From Pelagibacteraceae bacterium (GTDB taxonomy: Bacteria; Pseudomonadota; Alphaproteobacteria; HIMB59; GCA-002718135), in NCBI GenBank assembly GCA_002717485.1, contig PBDW01000007.1, positions 213,611 to 277,610 of the forward strand: DNA of 64,000 bases, in the 5' to 3' direction. How positions within the stretch are numbered: the stretch's first letter is position 1; each line of letters begins with the position of its first letter. The position numbers were made by a program, and so were the translations under genes. Positions 35,320 through 44,510 of this stretch are shown here, piece by piece. A model generated the notes under the pieces. It worked only from the letters and a program-made list of their open reading frames with translations. It ran no database searches and was not told where the DNA came from.

Positions 35320-35395
35320 AAAGTATTATACGAAAAAAAATTAATGTAATAATATATTTAGAATTATTTACTACAAAATAGAAGGAAAAAAAAGA

Positions 35396-35995
35396 TTAGT
35401 CAACTTTGATTGGGTTAACAGTCGTTTTTGGAACCGCTATGATATCCTGATCTGATAAAACATCTGTTACACTTAAAGCGGCATTCTTCACCCTTATGCT
35501 CTCTACTTCCATTATTTCAACTTTAACTTTAGTTTTAAATTTATTATGAAATCCTAGTAATTTTGCTGCTTGTTTTGAGAGCATTATTATATCTTCATTG
35601 TTATAGGGACCTCTATTATTAATTCTAATGATTAAAGATATTTCATTTTCTAAATTAGTTACTTTTACAATACTTGGTAAAGGTAATGTTTTGTGAGAAC
35701 CCGTTAATTTTGTTATATTTATAATTTCATTATTTGAAGTCTTTTTTCCATGAAATTCAATATCAAAAAAAGATGCTGTACCTATTTCAGAATATTTATA
35801 ATTTTCTTCAGGAATGTAATTAACGTTTTCAATTAAATATGGTTCACCAATTAAATATTTGGGAAGATCTGATTTGTTAATATTTTCTACTTTTTTTTTA
35901 TTCTCTTCATTTATTAACGATATATTTTCAATCTCTTTAACGCATGAAATTAAAAAAAATATTAAAGAAATTGACAAAAGAAATGTTTTAATCAT
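35396..35995 (-). CDS. rlpA: septal-ring lytic transglycosylase RlpA-family lipoprotein
   Basis: Lipobox LISC. DPBB region GTASFF...HGKKTSNNE...HKTLPLPSIVKVTNLEN...INNRGP. Confidence 0.85.
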   Translation of the reverse strand: MIKTFLLSISLIFFLISCVKEIENISLINEENKKKVENINKSDLPKYLIGEPYLIENVNYIPEENYKYSEIGTASFFDIEFHGKKTSNNEIINITKLTGSHKTLPLPSIVKVTNLENEISLIIRINNRGPYNNEDIIMLSKQAAKLLGFHNKFKTKVKVEIMEVESIRVKNAALSVTDVLSDQDIIAVPKTTVNPIKVD

Positions 35996-37043
35996 TTATA
36001 AATTTATCTGATAATAATCCAATTGTAATAGCATAGTAATGTGAGCAGTTATAATAAAGTATTGATTTATAATTTTGAAAAACTAAAAAAGCTCTGCCTT
36101 TCAATCCATCTGGCATAACCAGTCTAGCATTATGACTTTCTTTGATTTTATTATTTGCTAACAATTCACCATTAATATTCTTAAAACCTAGGCTAGACCA
36201 TTCACTAATAGTTTTTTCAATTGACATACTTTTAACTGCATAACATCCTTTAGGATTAGTTTGCTTAAGAGAGTCATAAATCTCATTAATATTTTCTGGT
36301 AAGTTGACTTCAATTCCCCATGTTAAGGAGGAATCCCATGGTGCTCTGTCGAGAGATGTTAAATAGTTAGCTATTGATGCAAAAACATCAATTTCATTAT
36401 TCCAAATATCTTTTTTACCATCATTATCAAAATCAACTGCTGACTCTAAAAATGTCGTTGGTAAAAATTGCACTTGACCCATTGCACCGGCCCAGGAGCC
36501 AAGTAGTTTTTCTGATTGCACAAGATTATCATCCAGCATTTTTAAAGCAGCAAATAGTTGTTTTTTGTAAAATTCACTACGTCTTTGATCAAATGTTAAA
36601 GTTGCAAGACCAGGTATTATTTTTGATTTACCCTGACTACTACCATAATATGATTCAAGTCCCCAAATTGAAACTATAAATCTTGGTTGAATATTAAAAT
36701 TTTTAGAAATTATTTCTAGCTCATTTTTATATTCTTTTATTTTAACTTCACCAGAATAAACTCTGGTTTTATCTAATCGATAGTAAACATATTCTTTAAA
36801 AGTTATTGTGCTTTCAGGTTGACATCTATCTCTTAATATAACTTTTTTTAATGGTTTAAGATTAGTAAATTCCCTATCTAATGTTGTCTTGCTTATTCCA
36901 AATATATGTGCTTCATCATAAATTTCAGATAACCACTGTTGCCATTCAGCATCACTAGGCATAGTAGGTTTTGCACATTCAGAAAATGCTTCGAAGGGAT
37001 AAAAAATAAATATAATAAAAATTGTTAAAAAATATTTTTTCAA
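35988..37043 (-). CDS. lytic murein transglycosylase (MltB/SLT_2 type)
   Basis: WGLESYYG and GSWAGAMGQVQFLPTTF motifs. Confidence 0.85.
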   Translation of the reverse strand: MKKYFLTIFIIFIFYPFEAFSECAKPTMPSDAEWQQWLSEIYDEAHIFGISKTTLDREFTNLKPLKKVILRDRCQPESTITFKEYVYYRLDKTRVYSGEVKIKEYKNELEIISKNFNIQPRFIVSIWGLESYYGSSQGKSKIIPGLATLTFDQRRSEFYKKQLFAALKMLDDNLVQSEKLLGSWAGAMGQVQFLPTTFLESAVDFDNDGKKDIWNNEIDVFASIANYLTSLDRAPWDSSLTWGIEVNLPENINEIYDSLKQTNPKGCYAVKSMSIEKTISEWSSLGFKNINGELLANNKIKESHNARLVMPDGLKGRAFLVFQNYKSILYYNCSHYYAITIGLLSDKFIND

Positions 37044-37192
37044 AATAATAGTATTTTAAGTTATAATAATAATACTAATATATTTATTATCAATAATTAC
37101 AATTAAATCTGAAATCATAATTAATTATTACTAAAACATTGTAGTTGAATTGATTTAATAATAAATATATTAGAGACAATTATAATAAAATT

Positions 37193-37282
37193 GGAGGGGT
37201 GGCTGAGCGGTTGAAAGCACTGGTCTTGAAAACCAGCAATGGGGCAACTCATTCGTGGGTTCGAATCCCACCCCCTCCGCCA
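37193..37282 (+). tRNA. tRNA-Ser (anticodon UGA)
   Basis: Cloverleaf folded by hand: acceptor GGAGGGG/CCCCTCC, anticodon stem-loop CTGGT-CTTGAAA-ACCAG, long variable arm, T-arm GTGGG-TTCGAAT-CCCAC, CCA encoded. Confidence 0.95.
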
Positions 37283-37536
37283 TTAAATTTCTGTAATATT
37301 TTATCTATTAATTTTGTGAACTTTTTATTAGGTATTTTTTTTTGATTTAAAATTAAAAAAATATCTAAATCAGAATATTCATTAAATAAATCTAGAATTA
37401 ATAGTAGTTCATTATGATAAAAATCATTTAAATTATCCAAAAAAACTTTTTGATATAATAGATCAGTTTCTTTAATGCCAGAATGCGAACATTTGTAAAA
37501 AATTTGTTTTTTTAAATATTTTAGATCATTTTTCAT
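37249..37536 (-). CDS. sdhE: SdhE/Sdh5-family FAD assembly factor (DUF339)
   Basis: CSHSGIKETDLL and LILDLFNEYSDLDIF patterns. The last 11 codons (NGGGGGIRTHE plus stop) are antisense to tRNA-Ser. Confidence 0.7.
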   Translation of the reverse strand: MKNDLKYLKKQIFYKCSHSGIKETDLLYQKVFLDNLNDFYHNELLLILDLFNEYSDLDIFLILNQKKIPNKKFTKLIDKILQKFNGGGGGIRTHE

Positions 37537-37556
37537 ATATAATAATTTAATTAATT

Positions 37557-39641
37557 ATGCGTCCAGAGATACTTTCATTAATTTTTAGAAACATTTCCTC
37601 AATTGTTGGAATTGGACCAAAATTAGAAAATTTATTTTTTAAATTATTAAATGATAGAAAGATAGTGAATTTATTATGGCATCTACCATATAATAATATT
37701 AAAAGAGAAATATCAAAAAAAATTAATGAAGACATAATTGGCAAAAATATAGTAATAAAAATTAAAGTAATTAAACATATTCCTTCAATATACAAAAAAC
37801 AACCATATAAAATCATATGTTCTTTTGATAAAATTGAAATTTACTTAATATTTTTTAATGCAAGACATCCATATTTAAAAGAAAAATTACCAATAAATTC
37901 ATATAAGTACGTGTCTGGTAAAATTGAATTTTTTAGAAATAATTATCAAATTACTCATCCTGAATATATTGTAAATGATGATCAATTAAATTCAATTGAT
38001 AGAATAAGCCCCATATACAGTTTAACTGCAGGTTTAACTAATAAAGTTTTCACAAAAACAATGAAAAACATTATTAAAAATTTACCGGAACTCAATGAAT
38101 GGCTTTCAAAAAAAACTCTGCAAAAATATAAATTTTTATCGTGGAAAGAAAGTTTATTAAAACTTCATTCTCCCAAAAATGAATTGGACTTAATTAATTT
38201 TAATAATTTTAGAAAAAGAATAGCTTATGATGAATTATTAGCTCATCAATTAGCTATATTAATTATAAGAAATATGAATAGAAAAAAAAGAGGTATAAAA
38301 TTTAAAACAAGCAGTGTTGATATTGATAAATTTATTAATGAATTGCCTTTTGAACTTACAAAATCACAATTAACTGCAATAGCAGAAATATCAAAAAACT
38401 TATCGAATAATTTTCAGATGGTTAGATTGTTACAAGGTGATGTAGGAAGTGGTAAAACTATAATATCAATTATATCAATGATAATAGCATTTAAATCAAA
38501 TTATCAAAGTGCTATTATGGTTCCAACAGAGATTTTAGCGAATCAACATTTTGAAACAATTAAATCTTTTCTGAAAAATTTTAAAATTAATATTGATATA
38601 TTAACAAGTAAAGATAGGGGTAAAAAAAGACATGATAAAATAAATAATATAGCTAATGGAAATACAAAAATAATTGTTGGAACCCATTCTTTAATACAAG
38701 AAGATGTAAAATTTTATAAGCTTGGTCTTATAATTATCGATGAACAGCATAGATTTGGGGTACATCAAAGATTGGCGTTTACGCACAAAGGACTTAAACC
38801 AAACATATTAGTCATGACGGCAACCCCAATACCAAGAACTTTAACACTTGCAATTTATGGTGATATGGATGAATCTAGGATAACAGAAAAACCAAAAGGA
38901 AGAATTCCTATTATTACAACTTCATTACTAAGAAATAAAATAAATAATCTTATAAATGCGATAAACGCGAAAATTGAAAAAAATGAAAAAATATATTGGG
39001 TGTGTCCTTTAATCGAAGAATCAAATGATATTGATGCAAAAGCAGCTGTTGATAGATTTAATTCATTAAAAAAATTATATAAAAATAAAGTTTTATTACT
39101 TCATGGACAAATGAAAAGTGATGAAAAAGATGAAATTATGAATAAATTTAAATATAAAAATTATAATATTTTAGTCTCAACTACTGTCATAGAAGTTGGA
39201 ATAGACATCCCCTCTGCTACAACTTTAATAATAGAAAATTCTGAAAAATTTGGTTTAGCTCAATTGCATCAATTAAGAGGAAGAATTGGTAGAAGTAACA
39301 TTGAGTCAAATTGTATTCTTTTATATAAAAATTCAATCGGGGAAATTGCAAAAAGGAGAATAAATATTATGAAAAAAATAGATGATGGTTTTGAAATTGC
39401 GGAACAGGATCTAAAGATCAGAGGACCGGGTGAAATTTTGGGAAAAAAACAAAGTGGTATAGCTAGTTTTAAAGTTTCAGATTTACATTTTGATCAAGAT
39501 ATTTTGCAAGATGTGAGAAAAGATTCTATAAAAATTATTGAAGAAGATCCCGATTTTAAATCAGATCGTGGTAAGAAATTGAAGACTTTATTATATCTAT
39601 TTGAAAGAGATATTGCTATTAAAACACTAATTTCTGGATAG
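37557..39641 (+). CDS. recG: ATP-dependent DNA helicase RecG
   Basis: GDVGSGKT Walker A, DEQHRFG, TATPIPRT and QLHQLRGRIGR motifs. Confidence 0.95.
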   Translation: MRPEILSLIFRNISSIVGIGPKLENLFFKLLNDRKIVNLLWHLPYNNIKREISKKINEDIIGKNIVIKIKVIKHIPSIYKKQPYKIICSFDKIEIYLIFFNARHPYLKEKLPINSYKYVSGKIEFFRNNYQITHPEYIVNDDQLNSIDRISPIYSLTAGLTNKVFTKTMKNIIKNLPELNEWLSKKTLQKYKFLSWKESLLKLHSPKNELDLINFNNFRKRIAYDELLAHQLAILIIRNMNRKKRGIKFKTSSVDIDKFINELPFELTKSQLTAIAEISKNLSNNFQMVRLLQGDVGSGKTIISIISMIIAFKSNYQSAIMVPTEILANQHFETIKSFLKNFKINIDILTSKDRGKKRHDKINNIANGNTKIIVGTHSLIQEDVKFYKLGLIIIDEQHRFGVHQRLAFTHKGLKPNILVMTATPIPRTLTLAIYGDMDESRITEKPKGRIPIITTSLLRNKINNLINAINAKIEKNEKIYWVCPLIEESNDIDAKAAVDRFNSLKKLYKNKVLLLHGQMKSDEKDEIMNKFKYKNYNILVSTTVIEVGIDIPSATTLIIENSEKFGLAQLHQLRGRIGRSNIESNCILLYKNSIGEIAKRRINIMKKIDDGFEIAEQDLKIRGPGEILGKKQSGIASFKVSDLHFDQDILQDVRKDSIKIIEEDPDFKSDRGKKLKTLLYLFERDIAIKTLISG

Positions 39642-39646
39642 ATAGC

Positions 39647-41623
39647 TTGAATATTAATATATTAAATAAAATAAAATTAATTTTACCATTAGTTATAGCC
39701 TTTAACATTAATATTCCAATTAATGATCTTAATTCATTAATTATTTTAATCATAACTATATTTTTATTAATGAATTCAGAAATTAAAGAGAAAATTAATT
39801 CTTTTTATTATTTTGCTTTTATTTTCATAATTTTCTTAAATTTTATAATAAATAATATTGTAAAAATTCAGGAAGCACATTCTATTTTTTTATTTGACAA
39901 GGATACTAAAATTTTAGGAAATTTTATTCCTAATAATATCTATGAGGATATAAAAAATGATATGGATGAATATGATTGGAATAGATATGTAAAGGCAACA
40001 TATGGTACAAGCGATGCTCAAAGAGTAAATCAAACTAAAAATACTCATAACAGTATTGAAAAACCATATAGTTTTTCTGCAGATGGATTTTTACAGAAAA
40101 ATAAGTATTCTAGAATTATTACAAATATTAACTTTAAAAAAAGATCTGACTATAGAATTGGAACATTTAATGAAAATACTTTCAGCGTTCCTTATGATCA
40201 AGATTTAAAAGAAAGTATGCCATTTTACGTTTTTTATGAAATTCCTTCATATTATAAACAATCTAAAATATGCGGAGATGGAAATATTTATTCTTATTTT
40301 TCAAATGATAATTACAATAATGAGGAGATATTTATTAAAAAGAAAAAAAATAAAGAATGTATTAATTTAGATAAAAATTATAAAAACTATTATATTTTTG
40401 CATACTCAATTAATAAAAAAGATAATTTAGAAATAACATTATCAAAAAATAATCATATAAAATTACTATTTATAGTAAAAATTTTTCTTACAATATTACT
40501 ACTATATTTTCTATGTTTTCAAATTTATAAAATTAGAATTCTAAAAAATAATTATCTACTATTAATATCATTTTTTGCAACATATTTAATAGCATACATT
40601 AATGATCCCGATACTATTTTTGGATTAAGGCATTTAGCTTCTGGTGGAGATGGTCAAATATTTAATCACTATTCAAATATCATACTTGAAAGTTTAAATA
40701 ACTACGATTTTAAAGAAGCTTTTAGAGGCGGAAGAGATGTTTTTTATTTCATGCCTGGTTTAAGATATTTTCTATCATTATTAAAAATAATATTTGGAGA
40801 AACAAACTATGGCTATTTATTTGTTGTTTCATTTCTCCCTTATATTTTATATTTATTAATAAAAAAAATCACTAATGAAAGAATAGCTTTTATTTCTTTT
40901 TTATCATTTATTTTTTTTCCTATATTTGAAAAAATAGGTTTTGGTCACTTTAATTATGTTTATCAATCAATAAGAATCCATGCTGAATCAGCGTCAATAC
41001 TATTTATTTTTTTATCAATTTATTTAATAACAATTTCAGATAATCATTTTAGTAAATACAGAATTATTTTGATATCGTTATTATTAGGTATGTCTATTTT
41101 TTTGAGGCCAAATTTTTTACCTACATCTATGATATTATCTTTATTTATTCTATATAAATTATACATAAACAAAGAACTTTATAATATTATTTTATATGTG
41201 ATATTCTTTTTTGGTTCATATATTGCCTTGCTGCATAATATTTATTTTGGAAATAAGCTTATATTTTTTACAGATGTATCTATTCATTTAGCAGCAAATA
41301 TCTATCAATATGATGATATAATTGATCTAATTTTTAAACAAATTCATGAATGGAATGAAATTATATACTTTCCGAGATTGATTTTATTAATGTATATAAT
41401 TTATTATGGATTTAAATATCCAAAAAATAACATAATTTTTTTCTTATTAATTTGTACTATTAGCCAACATATAGTCTTATTAATGACACATGCTGGCAGC
41501 AGGTATGCATATCTCGCATGGATTTTAACATTTATTACATTTATCAAAATTTCTTATGACAATGATCTTTATAATAAATCTTATAATAAATTTAAAAAAT
41601 TAATTAATATCAATAAGTTTTAA
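39647..41623 (+). CDS. large polytopic membrane protein, possible GT-C-type glycosyltransferase or glycan polymerase
   Basis: 658 aa. About 2-3 N-terminal TM segments, a roughly 200-aa hydrophilic domain with no recognisable motif, then at least 9 TM segments. TTG start as in the ORF track. No family recognised with confidence. Confidence 0.4.
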   Translation: MNINILNKIKLILPLVIAFNINIPINDLNSLIILIITIFLLMNSEIKEKINSFYYFAFIFIIFLNFIINNIVKIQEAHSIFLFDKDTKILGNFIPNNIYEDIKNDMDEYDWNRYVKATYGTSDAQRVNQTKNTHNSIEKPYSFSADGFLQKNKYSRIITNINFKKRSDYRIGTFNENTFSVPYDQDLKESMPFYVFYEIPSYYKQSKICGDGNIYSYFSNDNYNNEEIFIKKKKNKECINLDKNYKNYYIFAYSINKKDNLEITLSKNNHIKLLFIVKIFLTILLLYFLCFQIYKIRILKNNYLLLISFFATYLIAYINDPDTIFGLRHLASGGDGQIFNHYSNIILESLNNYDFKEAFRGGRDVFYFMPGLRYFLSLLKIIFGETNYGYLFVVSFLPYILYLLIKKITNERIAFISFLSFIFFPIFEKIGFGHFNYVYQSIRIHAESASILFIFLSIYLITISDNHFSKYRIILISLLLGMSIFLRPNFLPTSMILSLFILYKLYINKELYNIILYVIFFFGSYIALLHNIYFGNKLIFFTDVSIHLAANIYQYDDIIDLIFKQIHEWNEIIYFPRLILLMYIIYYGFKYPKNNIIFFLLICTISQHIVLLMTHAGSRYAYLAWILTFITFIKISYDNDLYNKSYNKFKKLININKF

Positions 41624-42730
41624 ATATCTATAAAAAAACTCATTGTTGCTAAAATTTGAATTATAATCTTCTAAAACATTAGATTGTTTTTTAATTTTTG
41701 CTAATTCTATGCATTCAATTATACCTTTACATATAGATTCAGGATTATTATTTTTTAATATAATGCCATTATTAGTTTTTAGAACTGGAATTCGCACGCC
41801 TTTTAAATTCGAAGAAAGTACAATTTTACCGTATGACATAGATTCTAGTTGAACAATACCAAATGATTCGTAATAATTAATACTAGGAAAAATTAAAAAA
41901 TGTATTTTTTTATAAAAGTTGTCTTTTTCATTTTCATTAATTTTTCCTAAAAATTTTACCGAACTATTATCTTTACATTTGTATTTAAGATTATTTATAT
42001 AATTTTTAAATCTTATATCTTTTAAATCTCCGCATATTAAAATTTTATGTTTTATATTTTTATTATTAAGCAAGCGACTGGCAAGAATAATATTATCTAT
42101 ACCTTTTTCTTTACATATTCTTCCTAAAAAACCAATTATGGGTGTTTCATTATTTGATAAGATATTTACATCCGATGAACTTGTTGTCCTATTCTCCAAT
42201 ACTGGAAATATTTCTTTAGTTTTATATCGAAACAATTTGCTGAAAAAAAACATATCATAATAATCGAATGTATTAACTATAATTTTTTTTGTTAAAATCG
42301 CAGATAAAGTAAATGATAAATAAAAATATATACTCACAAAATAACTTTTAATATCTGACCAAATTATTGGAGGCATACAATGAAAGGTTATAAATTTATA
42401 TTTTCTTGATAACAATACAATGGGTAAAATTTCAACTAGGGGAAAATGTAAATTTATTATATCAATTTTTTTACTTAAATAATTAAATATTTTTATTAAG
42501 TCTAAACTAAAATAGCCTCTTCCAAAATTAAATAATATTTTTGATCTGATAATAATTACATTTTTAACTCTAGATATTTTTTTTTCATTATTGGTATTTC
42601 CAGTTAAAATATATATTTTTATTTTTTTTGAAGAGTAAAAATTAGCTAAAACCTCTACATAATTAGTAATACCACTTATATGTGGTTTATAAAAATTTGT
42701 CACAATTAGTATTTTTTTTATATTATGCAT
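41600..42730 (-). CDS. GT4-family (GT-B fold) glycosyltransferase
   Basis: N-terminal ILIVTNFYKPHISGI and the C-terminal E-x7-E region ESFGIVQLESMSYG. Confidence 0.8.
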   Translation of the reverse strand: MHNIKKILIVTNFYKPHISGITNYVEVLANFYSSKKIKIYILTGNTNNEKKISRVKNVIIIRSKILFNFGRGYFSLDLIKIFNYLSKKIDIINLHFPLVEILPIVLLSRKYKFITFHCMPPIIWSDIKSYFVSIYFYLSFTLSAILTKKIIVNTFDYYDMFFFSKLFRYKTKEIFPVLENRTTSSSDVNILSNNETPIIGFLGRICKEKGIDNIILASRLLNNKNIKHKILICGDLKDIRFKNYINNLKYKCKDNSSVKFLGKINENEKDNFYKKIHFLIFPSINYYESFGIVQLESMSYGKIVLSSNLKGVRIPVLKTNNGIILKNNNPESICKGIIECIELAKIKKQSNVLEDYNSNFSNNEFFYRYLKLIDIN

Positions 42731-42760
42731 TAAATATTAAATTATTTATTCATAGATAAA

Positions 42761-43477
42761 TTAAATATTTTTCTTTAATAGAAATATTAACGTTTCACCA
42801 TCAAATTTATTAATTAATAATTTACCTGTAATAATCTGAATAACTAATAATATAAATATTTTATAGAATTTAAAATCAAGAAAGTTAAATTTATATGGAT
42901 AATCCCATAATCCATCACTATGACATTTTAAAATTTTAAAATCATTTTTATTAAAGAAAATTTTCCAATTATTATATGTTTTTAAATTTATATGTGTTTT
43001 GTCTTGAAAACCAATCCATTTTTCTTTTTTTAATTTATGACCTAAACAATTTAAGCCAGGTACTGCGATTAATATATTTGTATTTTTATGCGACACTCGT
43101 TTAAATGATGATAGTATTTTTTTTAATTGATTATCATAAATATGTTCAAATACATGAAGAGAAACTATTAAATCTATTGATCGAGATTTAATTTTAGTAA
43201 TATTTTTATAAAAATAACAATTATAAGTATTTTTTTTAGCCATTTTTAATGCATAATTACTTACTTCAACGCCAATATAATTATTATGAGGTTTAATTTT
43301 TTGTATTCTTTTCAAAAGATGTCCTGTTCCACAGCCAAAATCCAACATACTAGTAAAAGCAAAATTCCTTAAAATTAGATTTTTATAAAAAAATAACCCT
43401 ATTCTATTATTATTTTGTTTATTATTTATATAATAATCTAAATTATAGTAATTTTTTTTCTTAATTTTTTTATTCAT
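42761..43477 (-). CDS. class I SAM-dependent methyltransferase
   Basis: Motif I MLDFGCGTGH and a downstream DLIVSLHVFEH. Confidence 0.8.
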   Translation of the reverse strand: MNKKIKKKNYYNLDYYINNKQNNNRIGLFFYKNLILRNFAFTSMLDFGCGTGHLLKRIQKIKPHNNYIGVEVSNYALKMAKKNTYNCYFYKNITKIKSRSIDLIVSLHVFEHIYDNQLKKILSSFKRVSHKNTNILIAVPGLNCLGHKLKKEKWIGFQDKTHINLKTYNNWKIFFNKNDFKILKCHSDGLWDYPYKFNFLDFKFYKIFILLVIQIITGKLLINKFDGETLIFLLKKNI

Positions 43478-43519
43478 AATAGTTTTTTTAATGATAATTG
43501 AAGATAGTATAATAAATAT

Positions 43520-44395
43520 ATGATAAAATATATAAAATTTGCCAGATTAGACCATTGGCTAAAAGGAATAGTAATCTTTTTACCAATTATTTTTTCAGGT
43601 AAAATTATTGAATATAATTTATTTATTATTCTTATTAAAACGTTTTATTTATTTGGAATAGTCTCAAGTTTATCATATTGTATAAATGATCTTGTTGATA
43701 ATAAGATTGATAAAAACCATAAAATAAAAAAATACAAACCTATTGCTTCTGGAATTATAAAAATTAAGTCTGCAATAATATTTTGTATATTTCTATTAAT
43801 CTTAATAATTACTTCTTTTATTTTAATTAATATTGATCCAAAAATTAAATTTTCAATAATTACATATTTTTTTATTTCATTGATATATACATTGTATTTA
43901 AAAAAAATAATTTTTTTTGAAGTTTTTTTAGTATCTTCTTTATATCAATTAAGATTAATTGCAGGATGTTTTTCAATAGACGTTATGCCATCTTTTTTAA
44001 TGTCTACTCAGATATATTTTATCACAACATTAATATTTTTTTGCAAGCGTTATTCGGATATTTTTTTATATAATAAAAATAATGATAATGTATCTCCGTA
44101 TTATAAAAAAGATCAAAAATTAATTAAATTAATTTATACTTTTTTCTTTCTGAGCATATTTAATTACTTTTACTATTCTTTTATATCTGCAAATATTAAT
44201 ATATTTCAGATAATAAAAATTTTATTATTAATGTCTTTAGTAATAATTGGTTTGTATGAATTTATAAATAAATCAATCAAATTTCATATGGCATCAGATC
44301 CTGTTAAATTAATAATAAATAGTATTATTATACAAACCACTTTTATATTATGGATATTTGTTGAGATTATAAATATTTATATAATAAAGTGGTGA
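43520..44395 (+). CDS. UbiA-superfamily prenyl-phosphate transferase, decaprenyl-phosphate 5-phosphoribosyltransferase-like
   Basis: N-terminal ARLDHWLKG and NDLVDNKIDKNHKIKKYKPIASG resemble the Rv3806c-type pattern (R..QW.KN; ND..D...D..HP.K..RPIASG). 291 aa, about 8 TM segments, glycosyltransferase neighbourhood. Confidence 0.6.
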   Translation: MIKYIKFARLDHWLKGIVIFLPIIFSGKIIEYNLFIILIKTFYLFGIVSSLSYCINDLVDNKIDKNHKIKKYKPIASGIIKIKSAIIFCIFLLILIITSFILINIDPKIKFSIITYFFISLIYTLYLKKIIFFEVFLVSSLYQLRLIAGCFSIDVMPSFLMSTQIYFITTLIFFCKRYSDIFLYNKNNDNVSPYYKKDQKLIKLIYTFFFLSIFNYFYYSFISANINIFQIIKILLLMSLVIIGLYEFINKSIKFHMASDPVKLIINSIIIQTTFILWIFVEIINIYIIKW

Positions 44396-44465
44396 GCGTA
44401 GCAGGATTCGAACCTGCGACCCAGTGATTAAAAGTCACTTGCTCTACCAGCTGAGCTATACGCCC
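44390..44465 (-). tRNA. tRNA-Lys (anticodon UUU)
   Basis: Folded by hand: acceptor GGGCGTA/TACGCTC (one G-U pair), D-arm GCTC-AGCTGGTA-GAGC, anticodon arm AGTGA-CTTTTAA-TCACT, T-arm GCAGG-TTCGAAT-CCTGC, discriminator A, CCA encoded. Confidence 0.95.
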
Positions 44466-44510
44466 GAAAGAAATTTATATATATATCACCTTGCATAAAC
44501 GCAAGTTAAT

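Noticed and set aside
37044-37192. 149-nt gap upstream of tRNA-Ser and 160-nt gap at 47675-47834, inspected for small RNAs or riboswitches
   Set aside because: Both are almost pure A/T with no extended pairing or conserved-looking GC-rich core. They are most simply promoter regions.
37547-37816. 89-aa minus-strand ORF opposite the 5' end of recG
   Set aside because: It overlaps the recG N-terminus almost entirely. It would leave only 10 nt to sdhE, and it has a hydrophobic low-complexity translation.
44466-44510. Short hairpin CTTGC-ataaac-GCAAG after coaD, considered as a terminator
   Set aside because: It has only a 5-bp stem and no adjacent U-run on the coaD strand, so it is too weak to call.
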